Assembly (NCBI GenBank): GCA_964596525.1
Contig: CAZQUL010000001.1
Location: 1,147,773 to 1,211,772, forward strand
DNA from: an uncultured Gammaproteobacteria bacterium
GTDB lineage: Bacteria > Patescibacteriota > Patescibacteriia > Magasanikbacterales > GWA2-37-8
Length of the DNA stretch: 64,000 bases
Direction: 5' to 3'
Below the pieces are notes generated by a model that made no database searches, was not told where the DNA came from, and saw nothing but the letters and a program-made list of their open reading frames with translations. Positions 1-8,390 of the stretch are shown here, piece by piece. Both the position numbers and the translations under genes were made by a program. Position 1 is the first letter of the stretch; each line of letters opens with the position of its first letter.

Positions 1-36
1 GCACTGGCTACCAAAGCCTAACTCTAAATAACGAAA

Positions 37-63
37 CGCCCTGGAAACAGGGTGTTTTGTTTT
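37..63 (+). terminator. Rho-independent terminator-like hairpin (cgccctg-gaaa-cagggtg) followed by a T-run; implies a + strand transcript ending just inside the window
   Basis: Inverted repeat plus TTTTGTTTT read directly. Confidence 0.45.
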
Positions 64-220
64 AAATATGGCCAGGAACTGATAGAACGAGCTGAGTGAA
101 CCATGGACGACGCGTACCAGGTCACTACTATTTTACCGCCACAACATTGCATTCTCCCAATCTTTAAAGCGATTTTGGCTGCTTGCTTGCTTCTTTTTAT
201 TAGTTATCCACAAAATATTC

Positions 221-249
221 TTGACAAGAGTATCCGACCAACGTAAGAT
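221..249 (+). promoter_or_regulatory. Sigma70-like promoter: TTGACA, 17-nt spacer, TAAGAT
   Basis: Hexamers and spacing read from sequence; no convincing ORF downstream before tRNA-Asp. Confidence 0.35.
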
Positions 250-512
250 GCGTGTATCACTAAGAGCTCTCAGTTGTGTCTGGCGACGCTGGCCGGGGTT
301 TCCCCCTCCTTAACCCTTGCCTCTCGCCGGGCACTCTGAGAGCTTTTTGATTTGCCCAAATAAGATGACTCGATGTCGCCTTGGGCTAGAACTTTCTGGT
401 TATCCCCATTTCCAACCACACCAATCACTCTTGATTTCGTCGGCAGAATCCGGTAGCATAACGACATCTTGCGCAAAATGCAGGATACAACATAAAAACT
501 TCAGTACTCTGC

Positions 513-586
513 GGGCTGGTAGTTCAACTGGTTAGAGCACCGCCCTGTCACGGCGGGGGTTGCGGGTTCGAGTCCCGTCCAGCCCG
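513..586 (+). tRNA. tRNA-Asp (anticodon GUC)
   Basis: Cloverleaf folded by hand: acceptor gggctgg/ccagccc, anticodon loop cuGUCac, T-loop ttcgagt, discriminator G; resembles the remembered E. coli tRNA-Asp. Confidence 0.85.
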
Positions 587-602
587 CAGAGGCTTGAACA
601 AA

Positions 603-627
603 AAACATCGATCCGATGTTTTTTTGT
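603..627 (+). terminator. Intrinsic terminator after tRNA-Asp (aacatcg-atc-cgatgtt plus T7)
   Basis: Hairpin plus T-run. Confidence 0.6.
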
Positions 628-706
628 TTACGCACAGTTTTTTGATTGCAGTACGAGGATGAATTTGTTATGGTGGAACGTGAAAAAGCTGGAGGGAGAC
701 ACGGCA

Positions 707-1384
707 ATGCTTAATCAGAATGGAACGTTTATCGTCGTACACGGAATGCATCCCGCGGCGCGGGCCTGGGCCCACAACATCTGGGGCGACCCGGCAAACG
801 GACAGCTGGGCCGTCTTACCAAAGGATTGTGGCTTTTTGCTCACGAAGAGAAGGCGCGCTTATTCCTAGCCGGAGGGGGCCGGGGCGAAGCAGGGGCAGC
901 GCAGACGCATTTATTCACACACTGGAACGAAGTGATGCAAAGCCCCCTATTCCAGCACATCGATCAGGATCGTGTGCGCGATCGACTGGAAAAAAATCTT
1001 CTGATCGACTCGTATAGCACGAGCACAGCGGAAGAAATCCGGACTGCAGCGGGCGTGGCACTACAGTACGAACCCGATACTTTTGTTTTGGTTACCAGCC
1101 CGAGCCATGGGCCCCGTGTATTGCGCGAAGCAGTGGCGACCTTAGCGGCAGACCCGCGTTTTACACGGCTGCGCCTTGGTCTGAGGGTTGTGCCGAGCGA
1201 TATATATTTTGAAGGCTACGGCGAGAGTGATACGATTATTCTAGAACCGCCACACCACGCACAGCCCCATGAGGAAGAATTCCACAGCGCCATGAAACGC
1301 GCTCTGGAAGAAGCTCGACGCGATCCACGGCGTAAAAAGTCGTTTGAGACGCTCTTGCGGCAATTTGCAGACCGACACTACTAA
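707..1384 (+). CDS. DUF218/YdcF (ElyC/SanA)-like protein
   Basis: Motifs FIVVHG and LVTSPSHGPRV typical of DUF218. Start moved to ATG 707 (GGAGGGA SD upstream) because track start 560 overlaps the tRNA. Confidence 0.6.
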   Translation: MLNQNGTFIVVHGMHPAARAWAHNIWGDPANGQLGRLTKGLWLFAHEEKARLFLAGGGRGEAGAAQTHLFTHWNEVMQSPLFQHIDQDRVRDRLEKNLLIDSYSTSTAEEIRTAAGVALQYEPDTFVLVTSPSHGPRVLREAVATLAADPRFTRLRLGLRVVPSDIYFEGYGESDTIILEPPHHAQPHEEEFHSAMKRALEEARRDPRRKKSFETLLRQFADRHY

Positions 1385-1409
1385 CGGCACGGCAAGCTCC
1401 GTGTCGTTT

Positions 1410-2213
1410 TTAATTCTTTCTTGAAGAGGTAAAAAAATCTTTGAGGACTAAAAAGGGGAAAATTGCCGTCGCGTTAAAAATACGAACTAGGCGGTGCGGC
1501 TGGTAGGCAAGTCGAAACAACCATTCAAAACCAATTTTTCTCATAAAATAAGGCGCACGAGGGACTTTTCCGGCTAGATAATCCAACGCACCTCCCACTC
1601 CAATAGCAATTTTAACCGAAGGGAGCTCTGGTAAAAATTGATGAATCCATTTTTCTTGCTTGCCCATACCAAAGGCGACAATAAGCACTGCCGGACGCTT
1701 AGCATTAATATCCGCCAGAACGGCAGCGTGCTCTTCTGCATCGTATGAGAGCCCGGTGGCCGTTTCGGTGATGCGAGGACCCGGATGGAACCCCGCAACC
1801 TTCAGCAGTGGAAAGCGGGATGTCAGTTCGTTGGCCGCAGCAGAGACCGTAGCCTCATCGGCCGCACCTATAAGATAGATACTCACTCCGATTTTCTCTG
1901 CCTCCGCACATAACGTAGTAATAAAATCAGCACCTGGCTGGCGATAGACGCGCTCTTCTTGATTCATTTCTGCGATACGCAATGCAAGCTCCGCACCCCG
2001 TCCATCACATAAATTAATGTCGGCCGCATTGAGCACGTTTTTAAAGGCAGGGTCCCGAGACGCTTTGACAAGCATCTCGGGATTGGGCGTAAAAATTTTG
2101 GTTGGCAAGGACGAAGACAGCGCCGACTCTACAAGCAGAGGGAGCTTGGGGGGAGGGCAGCAAGAAAAATGCACGCCAAGCAAAAACCGCTGAGGAAAAC
2201 GTAGGGCGCTCAT
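1410..2213 (-). CDS. WecB/TagA/CpsF-family glycosyltransferase (N-acetylmannosaminyltransferase-like)
   Basis: TPNPE...DG, GFHPG, IAIGVGGALDYLAG and the GFEWLFRL motif; 4-bp overlap with the upstream helicase gene; N-terminal start uncertain. Confidence 0.7.
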   Translation of the reverse strand: MSALRFPQRFLLGVHFSCCPPPKLPLLVESALSSSLPTKIFTPNPEMLVKASRDPAFKNVLNAADINLCDGRGAELALRIAEMNQEERVYRQPGADFITTLCAEAEKIGVSIYLIGAADEATVSAAANELTSRFPLLKVAGFHPGPRITETATGLSYDAEEHAAVLADINAKRPAVLIVAFGMGKQEKWIHQFLPELPSVKIAIGVGGALDYLAGKVPRAPYFMRKIGFEWLFRLAYQPHRLVRIFNATAIFPFLVLKDFFTSSRKN

Positions 2214-3520
2214 ACATGTTCGGGATGAAGGGAGGCAATAAAATTAACAACCGAAGAATCGACCTGAATGTGGCGTGGCAGAAGCGGCCGTTTGAGGCGC
2301 AGGCCTTCGAGAGTGCGGCAGCGGCTGAGCGCTACGTAAAGCTGCCCGTGTGCAAACGTGCCAAAACCAATATCGATCATGACGTTATCGAATGTTTGGC
2401 CTTGGCTTTTATGGATGGTGATGGCCCAAGCCAATTTAAGCGGATACTGGGTAAACGAGCCTACTGCCTGGCTTTCTACAGCGTGCGCATCGGGATCGAT
2501 GACAAATTCATACTGGTCCCATTCATGAGGCATAACACTAACCACCCCTCCCCCATCGATTTCCACCATAACGACGCACGAACGATCGCTCCCGTCTTCA
2601 AATGACACGACGGTGCCGAGGGTTCCGTTGACCCAGCGGTTCTGCACGTCGTTATTGAGAAGCATAACGCGCGCGCCCACTTTGAGCTCAAGCACCTCAT
2701 CGGTCGGGAAACTTTTGGCATCAAAATCGCCAGCGACCCGGCCAATAAATGAACGCGGATCATCGGTCAGTTCTTTCAAACACTGATCGTTAATGTTTTT
2801 GGCGAGCGCATTGGTGGTGCACAGGTATACCGGCGGCCGATCGCTATCGGGCATAAAATCTGGATCATGACGATCGTTAAGCAGGCGAAAATGGTCATCA
2901 GTCGCAGTGTTGGACCGCACTGCATTGAGAAGATCAATAAAAATATGGTCATTCTGGCGAAAAATACGGCTTAACTCAATGGTGCGCATAGTAAAGCCGG
3001 TAAGGGGCTGAAGCGCACGAGCCGAAAAAAAATACGGCGTGTCGTAACGGCCTTTGAGCATTTCTTGATCGCGATCGGTAACGACCGGCGGAAGCTGAAA
3101 AAGATCGCCAATAAAGATCATTTTTACTCCGCCAAAAGGCGCGGTGCGGCTTGGACCGTTAAGACGAAGGAATTTATCGACGCAATCGAGCAGGTCGGCA
3201 CGCACCATGGAAATCTCGTCGATAACGATGATTTCAAGCGCGCGGTAGAGTTCATCTTCTTCTACTTTACGGACCTGTGAGAGCGTGACGCTGGGCTTGA
3301 AACCAAAAAACGAATGGATGGTTTGACCGGCGATATTTACAGCGGCAACGCCCGTAGGCGCGAGCGCAACGAGACTCCGTTTGGTAGCTGCGCGAAAGCG
3401 TTTGAGAAGTGTTGATTTTCCGGTTCCGGCCCGTCCGGTGATGAAGAGGTGCTCTGATCCATTTTCCATGAGTTCGATAATGCTGTCGAAGGAAAGGTGT
3501 TGGTTTGTCGCTGATTTCAT
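2210..3520 (-). CDS. PIF1/RecD-like superfamily-1 DNA helicase
   Basis: Walker A GRAGTGKST, DEISMV, and a C-terminal HKSQGQTFD...ALSRCR helicase C-domain motif. Confidence 0.75.
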   Translation of the reverse strand: MKSATNQHLSFDSIIELMENGSEHLFITGRAGTGKSTLLKRFRAATKRSLVALAPTGVAAVNIAGQTIHSFFGFKPSVTLSQVRKVEEDELYRALEIIVIDEISMVRADLLDCVDKFLRLNGPSRTAPFGGVKMIFIGDLFQLPPVVTDRDQEMLKGRYDTPYFFSARALQPLTGFTMRTIELSRIFRQNDHIFIDLLNAVRSNTATDDHFRLLNDRHDPDFMPDSDRPPVYLCTTNALAKNINDQCLKELTDDPRSFIGRVAGDFDAKSFPTDEVLELKVGARVMLLNNDVQNRWVNGTLGTVVSFEDGSDRSCVVMVEIDGGGVVSVMPHEWDQYEFVIDPDAHAVESQAVGSFTQYPLKLAWAITIHKSQGQTFDNVMIDIGFGTFAHGQLYVALSRCRTLEGLRLKRPLLPRHIQVDSSVVNFIASLHPEHV

Positions 3521-4077
3521 ACCCCCGCGCTCAACGGATAATGGCCGAGGATGGTATATTCCGATCGCCCATCCTGATGCTCGCTTTTCATAACGAAAAT
3601 TTCATTAACCGTCCATACTTTACGCTCGATCTCAATGGTATGCAAAGGTGCTTCATGGTGCCAGGCATGGCTCACCCGCCCGAGCGTGATGTGCGGATGC
3701 CATTCATGATCAGGCGTAATAAGCTTACGCGCCAAAAGTTCGGCACGTACCGTATCATGCAGATGGTTTAAAGCCGCTTTTTCTTCTCCAATGCGAACGA
3801 CCAGTATACGCGGATCGGAAAGGCTAGGAAACCCATCGAGACGCTCGAGCCAAACCGGCGTAGGCTGGGTGCGCTCAGCGGCAGTTTTAACGATACTTTT
3901 CACCTCTTCAACCTGCTCGTTCTCAAGTTCGCCGATGAATTCGAGCGTAATATGAAAATTTTCTGGCGGCGATAAGCGGACAGGCATTTTTCGGTCGATC
4001 ATCCGAATAGTACGCTGTACGGTTTGCAGATAATCACGTACTACGGACGGAACAGAGAAGGCAATAAAGGTACGCAT
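3517..4077 (-). CDS. thpR: RNA 2',3'-cyclic phosphodiesterase, 2H family (ThpR/LigT)
   Basis: Two H-x-T-x motifs (HITLEF, HITLGR), about 186 aa. Confidence 0.75.
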   Translation of the reverse strand: MRTFIAFSVPSVVRDYLQTVQRTIRMIDRKMPVRLSPPENFHITLEFIGELENEQVEEVKSIVKTAAERTQPTPVWLERLDGFPSLSDPRILVVRIGEEKAALNHLHDTVRAELLARKLITPDHEWHPHITLGRVSHAWHHEAPLHTIEIERKVWTVNEIFVMKSEHQDGRSEYTILGHYPLSAGV

Positions 4078-4217
4078 ATCAGAATGAAAAATGTATAGGA
4101 ATAATAATAAAAAAAAGACCCTTTAACAAGGACACGGGCAAAAGATACCTATCTAAAAAGCCGCACTTAGACGGCTTCACGTGGACAGGGAGACGGGAGG
4201 TTTAGAAAGGTATATGA

Positions 4218-4388
4218 CTAGATGCAATTCATATTAGGCGGGCAGCAGCCACTTTCAGGGTCAGAGCATCTAAAAATTGGTTCCGGTTCAGGCTCGGATT
4301 TATCTCCGCATCCCGGCTCGTTGAGGGCAACAGTGTAGATAGACAGGGCGACGAAAACTTTTTTTATTCTACTCACTAACAACTTCAT
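4218..4388 (-). CDS. Small secreted cysteine-rich peptide (56 aa), not in the ORF track
   Basis: ATG preceded by AAGGAG with a 7-8 nt spacer. Hydrophobic N-terminus, then CGDKSEPEPEPIFRCSDPESGCCPPNMNCI. Hairpin plus U-run terminator on the minus strand just downstream. Confidence 0.5.
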   Translation of the reverse strand: MKLLVSRIKKVFVALSIYTVALNEPGCGDKSEPEPEPIFRCSDPESGCCPPNMNCI

Positions 4389-4433
4389 GGTCCTTCTCCT
4401 TAATGCAGGGCAATTAACGGGCCCTGCTCCGTT

Positions 4434-5450
4434 TTAGGCCTTGCTAAAAGCAGGCAATGAAGTAATTTCCGGATGCAGTCCAAGATAGGCGCGTGTGATT
4501 TTTTCTACTTCTGCTGGCGAAGCGGCTTCATCCATAAGCTGAACACGTAATTCCTTGGCACCATCAAAACCGGAAACATACGCCTTGTAATGCTTCTTCA
4601 TAATTGCAAAATTCTTCTTATCACCAAGAAGCTCATGGAACAGGTACGTATGTTCGATCATTGTTTCGAGACGTTCACCGACGGTTACGGTGTGATAATC
4701 CCGATTACGATTAAAAAGCCAGGGATTGCCAAAAATACCACGGCCGATCATCACACCGTCGCAACCAGTTTGAGCGACTTTCTGGCGCGCATCATTAAGG
4801 TCAACCACATCACCGTTACCGAGAATAAGTGTGCGCGTCGGTGAACTGTCGTAGGTATTGCGAATTTCGACGGCGCGGGCGACTCGTTCCCACCGTGCCG
4901 GTACGAGCGATAATTCTTTTTTGGTACGACAGTGGAGCGTAATAGCTGCCGGCTCAGTTTCAAGAAGATACGGAAGCCACGTTTCGAGGGTGTCGGTATT
5001 AAAGCCGAGGCGGGTTTTGACCGATACCGGCAACGTGCCGGCACCGCGCTTGGTAGCGCGAATGATTTCCTGGGCGAGACGCGGAGTTTTAATGAGTGCC
5101 GCACCCGAAGCTTGTTTCCCGGAAACGCTCTTGTCCGGGCAGCCCATGTTAATATCGATACCATCAAAACCGAGCTCCGCGATAAGGCGTGCGGTTTCAT
5201 AAAACGTATCCGGGTTGGCACCGAAAATCTGAGCAATAATGGGCCGTTCTTCGTCGGTATAGATAAGATCAGTGAGAATGCTTTCGCGGCCTGGAGAGCA
5301 GAGCCCGTCGCAGGATACGAATTCGGTCCAGATGATATCCGGCTTACCATGGCGAGCGATAAGACGCCGAAAAGCCGCGTCGGTGACGTTAGCCATCGGC
5401 GCGAGCACAAAGCATGGTTTTGGCAGCGTGGTCCAAAAACCGGAAATCAT
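4434..5450 (-). CDS. dus: tRNA-dihydrouridine synthase
   Basis: LAPMANVTD N-terminus, TIM-barrel Dus motifs, catalytic-Cys region GCP. Confidence 0.8.
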   Translation of the reverse strand: MISGFWTTLPKPCFVLAPMANVTDAAFRRLIARHGKPDIIWTEFVSCDGLCSPGRESILTDLIYTDEERPIIAQIFGANPDTFYETARLIAELGFDGIDINMGCPDKSVSGKQASGAALIKTPRLAQEIIRATKRGAGTLPVSVKTRLGFNTDTLETWLPYLLETEPAAITLHCRTKKELSLVPARWERVARAVEIRNTYDSSPTRTLILGNGDVVDLNDARQKVAQTGCDGVMIGRGIFGNPWLFNRNRDYHTVTVGERLETMIEHTYLFHELLGDKKNFAIMKKHYKAYVSGFDGAKELRVQLMDEAASPAEVEKITRAYLGLHPEITSLPAFSKA

Positions 5451-5606
5451 ATAAGTGCTATATCAAGAATGTGGTCTATTTAAGCATTTCTAAAGCAACT
5501 AGGCAAGAGTTTACGGGAGTCTGCGGTAAAAATGACGGGCTTGCTTTTTCTTTGGCAGCATGCTATACTGCCGGTGCTTAACGAAGCTTTTTTAATTTAC
5601 GTCACT

Positions 5607-5717
5607 ATGAACGGCGCTCTTCGTGCGCGTCTCAACCAGGCGCGCAAAAATACCTCCAAAGGCCGTGCTATCAAGGATAAAACCAAAAATCAGCACGTTC
5701 GCATGAAAATTGCCTAA
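5607..5717 (+). CDS. Possible small basic protein (36 aa), hypothetical
   Basis: ATG ORF ending at a bidirectional terminator; no clear SD and no recognisable family. Confidence 0.2.
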   Translation: MNGALRARLNQARKNTSKGRAIKDKTKNQHVRMKIA

Positions 5718-5721
5718 ACAA

Positions 5722-5750
5722 AAAACACTCTCTTGCGAGGGTGTTTTTTG
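5722..5750. terminator. Bidirectional intrinsic terminator between the small + ORF and ftsL (-)
   Basis: aacactctc-ttgc-gagggtgtt with A/T runs on both sides. Confidence 0.55.
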
Positions 5751-5754
5751 TCGG

Positions 5755-6126
5755 CTAGCGATTGACGCCGGAGAACGCGGTAGCCTGATTTACGCCGGCG
5801 TCACGGAGGACTTTGGCCGGCTTGACGAGCGTGATCGTGCTCATAGCTTCTTCGATACGGCGTAGCGATCGTTCTTCGATGAGTGCAATTTCCAGGCGGC
5901 GCTGTTCCTCAGAAAGGAGTTCGAGTTGTTTTTCGAGGCGGCGGATGGTATAGCCGCTGACAGCTGCTTGTGAGAGTTGTCTCACATACAAGATGCCGCC
6001 GAGTGCGATAACGGCGATGAGCGCGTAGCGCAAAGCGCGGGAAGCGGTCCACTCCGGTAAGCGGAGCGAGGCAAGCGCTTCGCGGAAAAGAGCGATGTGA
6101 TGAACAAAACGAGCGGCGGTGGTCAT
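5755..6126 (-). CDS. ftsL: FtsL-like cell-division protein (TM plus coiled coil)
   Basis: Position directly after rsmH, one TM helix followed by a coiled coil; size typical. Confidence 0.6.
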   Translation of the reverse strand: MTTAARFVHHIALFREALASLRLPEWTASRALRYALIAVIALGGILYVRQLSQAAVSGYTIRRLEKQLELLSEEQRRLEIALIEERSLRRIEEAMSTITLVKPAKVLRDAGVNQATAFSGVNR

Positions 6127-6129
6127 ACG

Positions 6130-7041
6130 TTAGAGTTTGTACAGAGAGCGAAGTTTGGCGCTTCGGGCAGCCGGATTCTCCTTTAATTCGGAGGCAGAAG
6201 CAGTAGAAGGTTTTTTATGGACGAAATCGGCCAGACGGGCATGAGCGATTTTTTGGAAAAAATGTTTGACGATCCGGTCTTCGAGCGAGTGGAAGGTGAT
6301 AATCACGAGCCGACCGCCGGGTTTGAGGAGGCCGAAAGCCTGCGGCAGGACACGCTCGAGTACTCCTAGCTCGTCATTGACTGCGATGCGGAGCGCTTGA
6401 AAAACTTTGGTGGCCGGATGCAATCCTCCGACCCATGGAATCTCTTTGGTGCTCTTGAGCTTGGTACGGTAAGCACTAAGCACCACCGCAACAGCATCAC
6501 CGACCGTGCGCAACGGTTTCTTTTTCCGCTCTTCGCCGATTGCCGTAGCAATAGGCATGGCGAGCGGCTCCTCACCCAAGCGCCGCAAAAGCGAGGCGAG
6601 CTCCGCAATCGGTGTTTCGTTGAGAATATCGGCAGCGGTCGTATACTGCAGGGCCGGTGAGAATCGCATGTCGAGCGGCTCATCCGGCTTTTCAAAGCTG
6701 AATCCTCTCCCCCGCTCTTTGAACTGCGGCGTGGACCAGCCAAGGTCGAAAAGGATTGCGTCAACCTGGCTGAACCCGTACTCTTTGGCAACGGTTTCGA
6801 GTGTGGAGAAGTTGGCTTCAACTAACGTGACCTGTTCACGGAACGCAAGCAGGAAGCGGCGGGCGCGCGCAAGGCTTTCAGCATCGGCATCCAGGCCGAG
6901 CAAACGCCCGTTTGGACCGATGAGCTTGAGCATCGCTTCGCTATGACCACCGTCGCCAAGCGTGGCGTCGATCACCTGGGCGCCGGGCGCCAGCTTAAGA
7001 TCGACCACCACTTCGTTGAGGAGAACCGGGGTGTGACGCAT
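6130..7041 (-). CDS. rsmH: 16S rRNA (cytosine1402-N4)-methyltransferase RsmH/MraW
   Basis: LGDGGHSEAML SAM motif. Start trimmed to M42 (ATG 7039-7041), which abuts the mraZ stop instead of overlapping it. Confidence 0.85.
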   Translation of the reverse strand: MRHTPVLLNEVVVDLKLAPGAQVIDATLGDGGHSEAMLKLIGPNGRLLGLDADAESLARARRFLLAFREQVTLVEANFSTLETVAKEYGFSQVDAILFDLGWSTPQFKERGRGFSFEKPDEPLDMRFSPALQYTTAADILNETPIAELASLLRRLGEEPLAMPIATAIGEERKKKPLRTVGDAVAVVLSAYRTKLKSTKEIPWVGGLHPATKVFQALRIAVNDELGVLERVLPQAFGLLKPGGRLVIITFHSLEDRIVKHFFQKIAHARLADFVHKKPSTASASELKENPAARSAKLRSLYKL

Positions 7042-7042
7042 A

Positions 7043-7474
7043 TCAGACTCCGAGTTCAGCCATTTTTTCGGCAATGGCTTGGCTTTCCTGCTCGGTTGTT
7101 GCTTTGTAGGCATTCCATGCCGCCTCGTCCCAAATTTCAAGACGGTTGTAGAGCCCAGCAACAACCACGGTTTTGTTCAGGTGCGCAAAGGTGCGCAAGT
7201 ATTCGGGAATAACGAGGCGACCTTGTTTATCGATTTCCACATCCATGGCACCAGCGAGCATAAGGCGCGCGAAGGCACGGGAGTTGGCTTGGCTAAACGG
7301 CAGGCTGGCAAGTTTTTCAGCCAGGCGCTGCCATTCGGCGAGCGTGTAGACGAAGAGGCACGAATCAAGACCGCGCGTTACTACTGCACCGGAGCGCAGG
7401 GCCTCGCGGAATTTGACCGGCATAGCAATGCGGCCTTTGTCGTCGAGCGTGTGGGTGTATTCACCGATAAACAT
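7043..7474 (-). CDS. mraZ: Transcriptional regulator MraZ
   Basis: Two MraZ/SpoVT-AbrB repeats (DDKGRIAMP, DKQGRLVIP). Confidence 0.85.
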   Translation of the reverse strand: MFIGEYTHTLDDKGRIAMPVKFREALRSGAVVTRGLDSCLFVYTLAEWQRLAEKLASLPFSQANSRAFARLMLAGAMDVEIDKQGRLVIPEYLRTFAHLNKTVVVAGLYNRLEIWDEAAWNAYKATTEQESQAIAEKMAELGV

Positions 7475-7507
7475 ACGGAGAGATAGACAAGCATGGTATC
7501 CCTCACT

Positions 7508-7570
7508 GTTTCCACTTTATTCCACGTACTCCCATTTTATACCACTTTTATGCCACCGTCAAACCACCTG
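7508..7570 (-). promoter_or_regulatory. Six direct GTGG(N) repeats with 10-11 bp periodicity upstream of mraZ; putative MraZ operator
   Basis: CCAC(N) words on the + strand at roughly 7512, 7522, 7532, 7542, 7553 and 7564. Confidence 0.5.
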
Positions 7571-7677
7571 AGTGGATAAATGGCTAAAAATGGAGTCGAA
7601 ACGGAATCATGATATACTATAATCAACTTTTAACTACTTAAAATAGTCGTATGCCAAAAGAAGGAGGAAATGAATGA

Positions 7678-8205
7678 ATGTACGGTTTTATGGGAGAAGA
7701 TGGGAAAGCCCGAGAAGTTCAACCACGCGGAGTAAAGAAAAATGAAGCAATGGAATTACCCGCAATTACGGAAGAAATGCTAAAAGCCCACGAAGAAAGG
7801 GATGCTGCACGTCTTAACCAAGCAACCAGACAGCAACTAGAAGCATTGCCTAAAGCCCCGGGATATAATCATAAACACGAAGACGTAATGTTCGAGCAAA
7901 CCCCTGAACAAAAAGCTGAGCTTAAACAGCTCATTGCGCAGCGTGAACGACAAACTAAACCAACAATGATGATGGATGCGGTGAATCCATTAGATGAAAA
8001 AGTGATTGCCAGTGATCAGCGGTATAGAAAACCAAATGAAGCAACCTATTACATGGACAACGACCGCAAAACCCAAGAAATGCCAGCAATAAACGCATCG
8101 ACCAGAATAATGGAAGCACCAAAATTGCCACCAACCGCAGCACCCAAAGAATCGTTCTGGAGTAAACTTAATCCGTTCAAGAAGAAAGACGCTACTAAGA
8201 AATAG
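7678..8205 (+). CDS. Hypothetical protein (175 aa, hydrophilic, Lys/Glu-rich)
   Basis: Strong SD AAGGAGG 10 nt upstream; terminator downstream. Confidence 0.6.
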   Translation: MYGFMGEDGKAREVQPRGVKKNEAMELPAITEEMLKAHEERDAARLNQATRQQLEALPKAPGYNHKHEDVMFEQTPEQKAELKQLIAQRERQTKPTMMMDAVNPLDEKVIASDQRYRKPNEATYYMDNDRKTQEMPAINASTRIMEAPKLPPTAAPKESFWSKLNPFKKKDATKK

Positions 8206-8215
8206 TAGCCAACAT

Positions 8216-8245
8216 AAAACAAGTGCCTCGAGCACTTGTTTTATG
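8216..8245 (+). terminator. Intrinsic terminator (aaaacaagtgc-ctcgag-gcacttgtttt)
   Basis: Perfect 11-bp stem plus T-run. Confidence 0.7.
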
Positions 8246-8253
8246 TTAACAAT

Positions 8254-8360
8254 GTCATTGCGAGCCGAGGTGCGAAGCGAAGCAATCCCTTTGTTAACAG
8301 AGTGCGCTCTGAATTACAGAGGGATTGCTTCGTCAGTCGTTCCTCCTTCCTCGCAATGAC
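8254..8360. repeat. Palindromic intergenic repeat element, copy 1 (nested hairpins; outer arms gtcattgcgag / ctcgcaatgac)
   Basis: Shares the outer arms and the 27-nt core cagtcgttcctccttcctcgcaatgac with the copy at 46341-46401. Confidence 0.6.
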
Positions 8361-8390
8361 GGATTCTCTCTCGCAGCGTTTTTGTTTAGA

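Noticed and set aside
560-706. Track start of the 274-aa ORF at 560
   Set aside because: Would run through tRNA-Asp and its terminator. An internal ATG at 707 with a GGAGG SD is preferred.
4751-5410. 219-aa minus ORF and + ORFs inside dus
   Set aside because: Alternate frames or antisense of the dus gene
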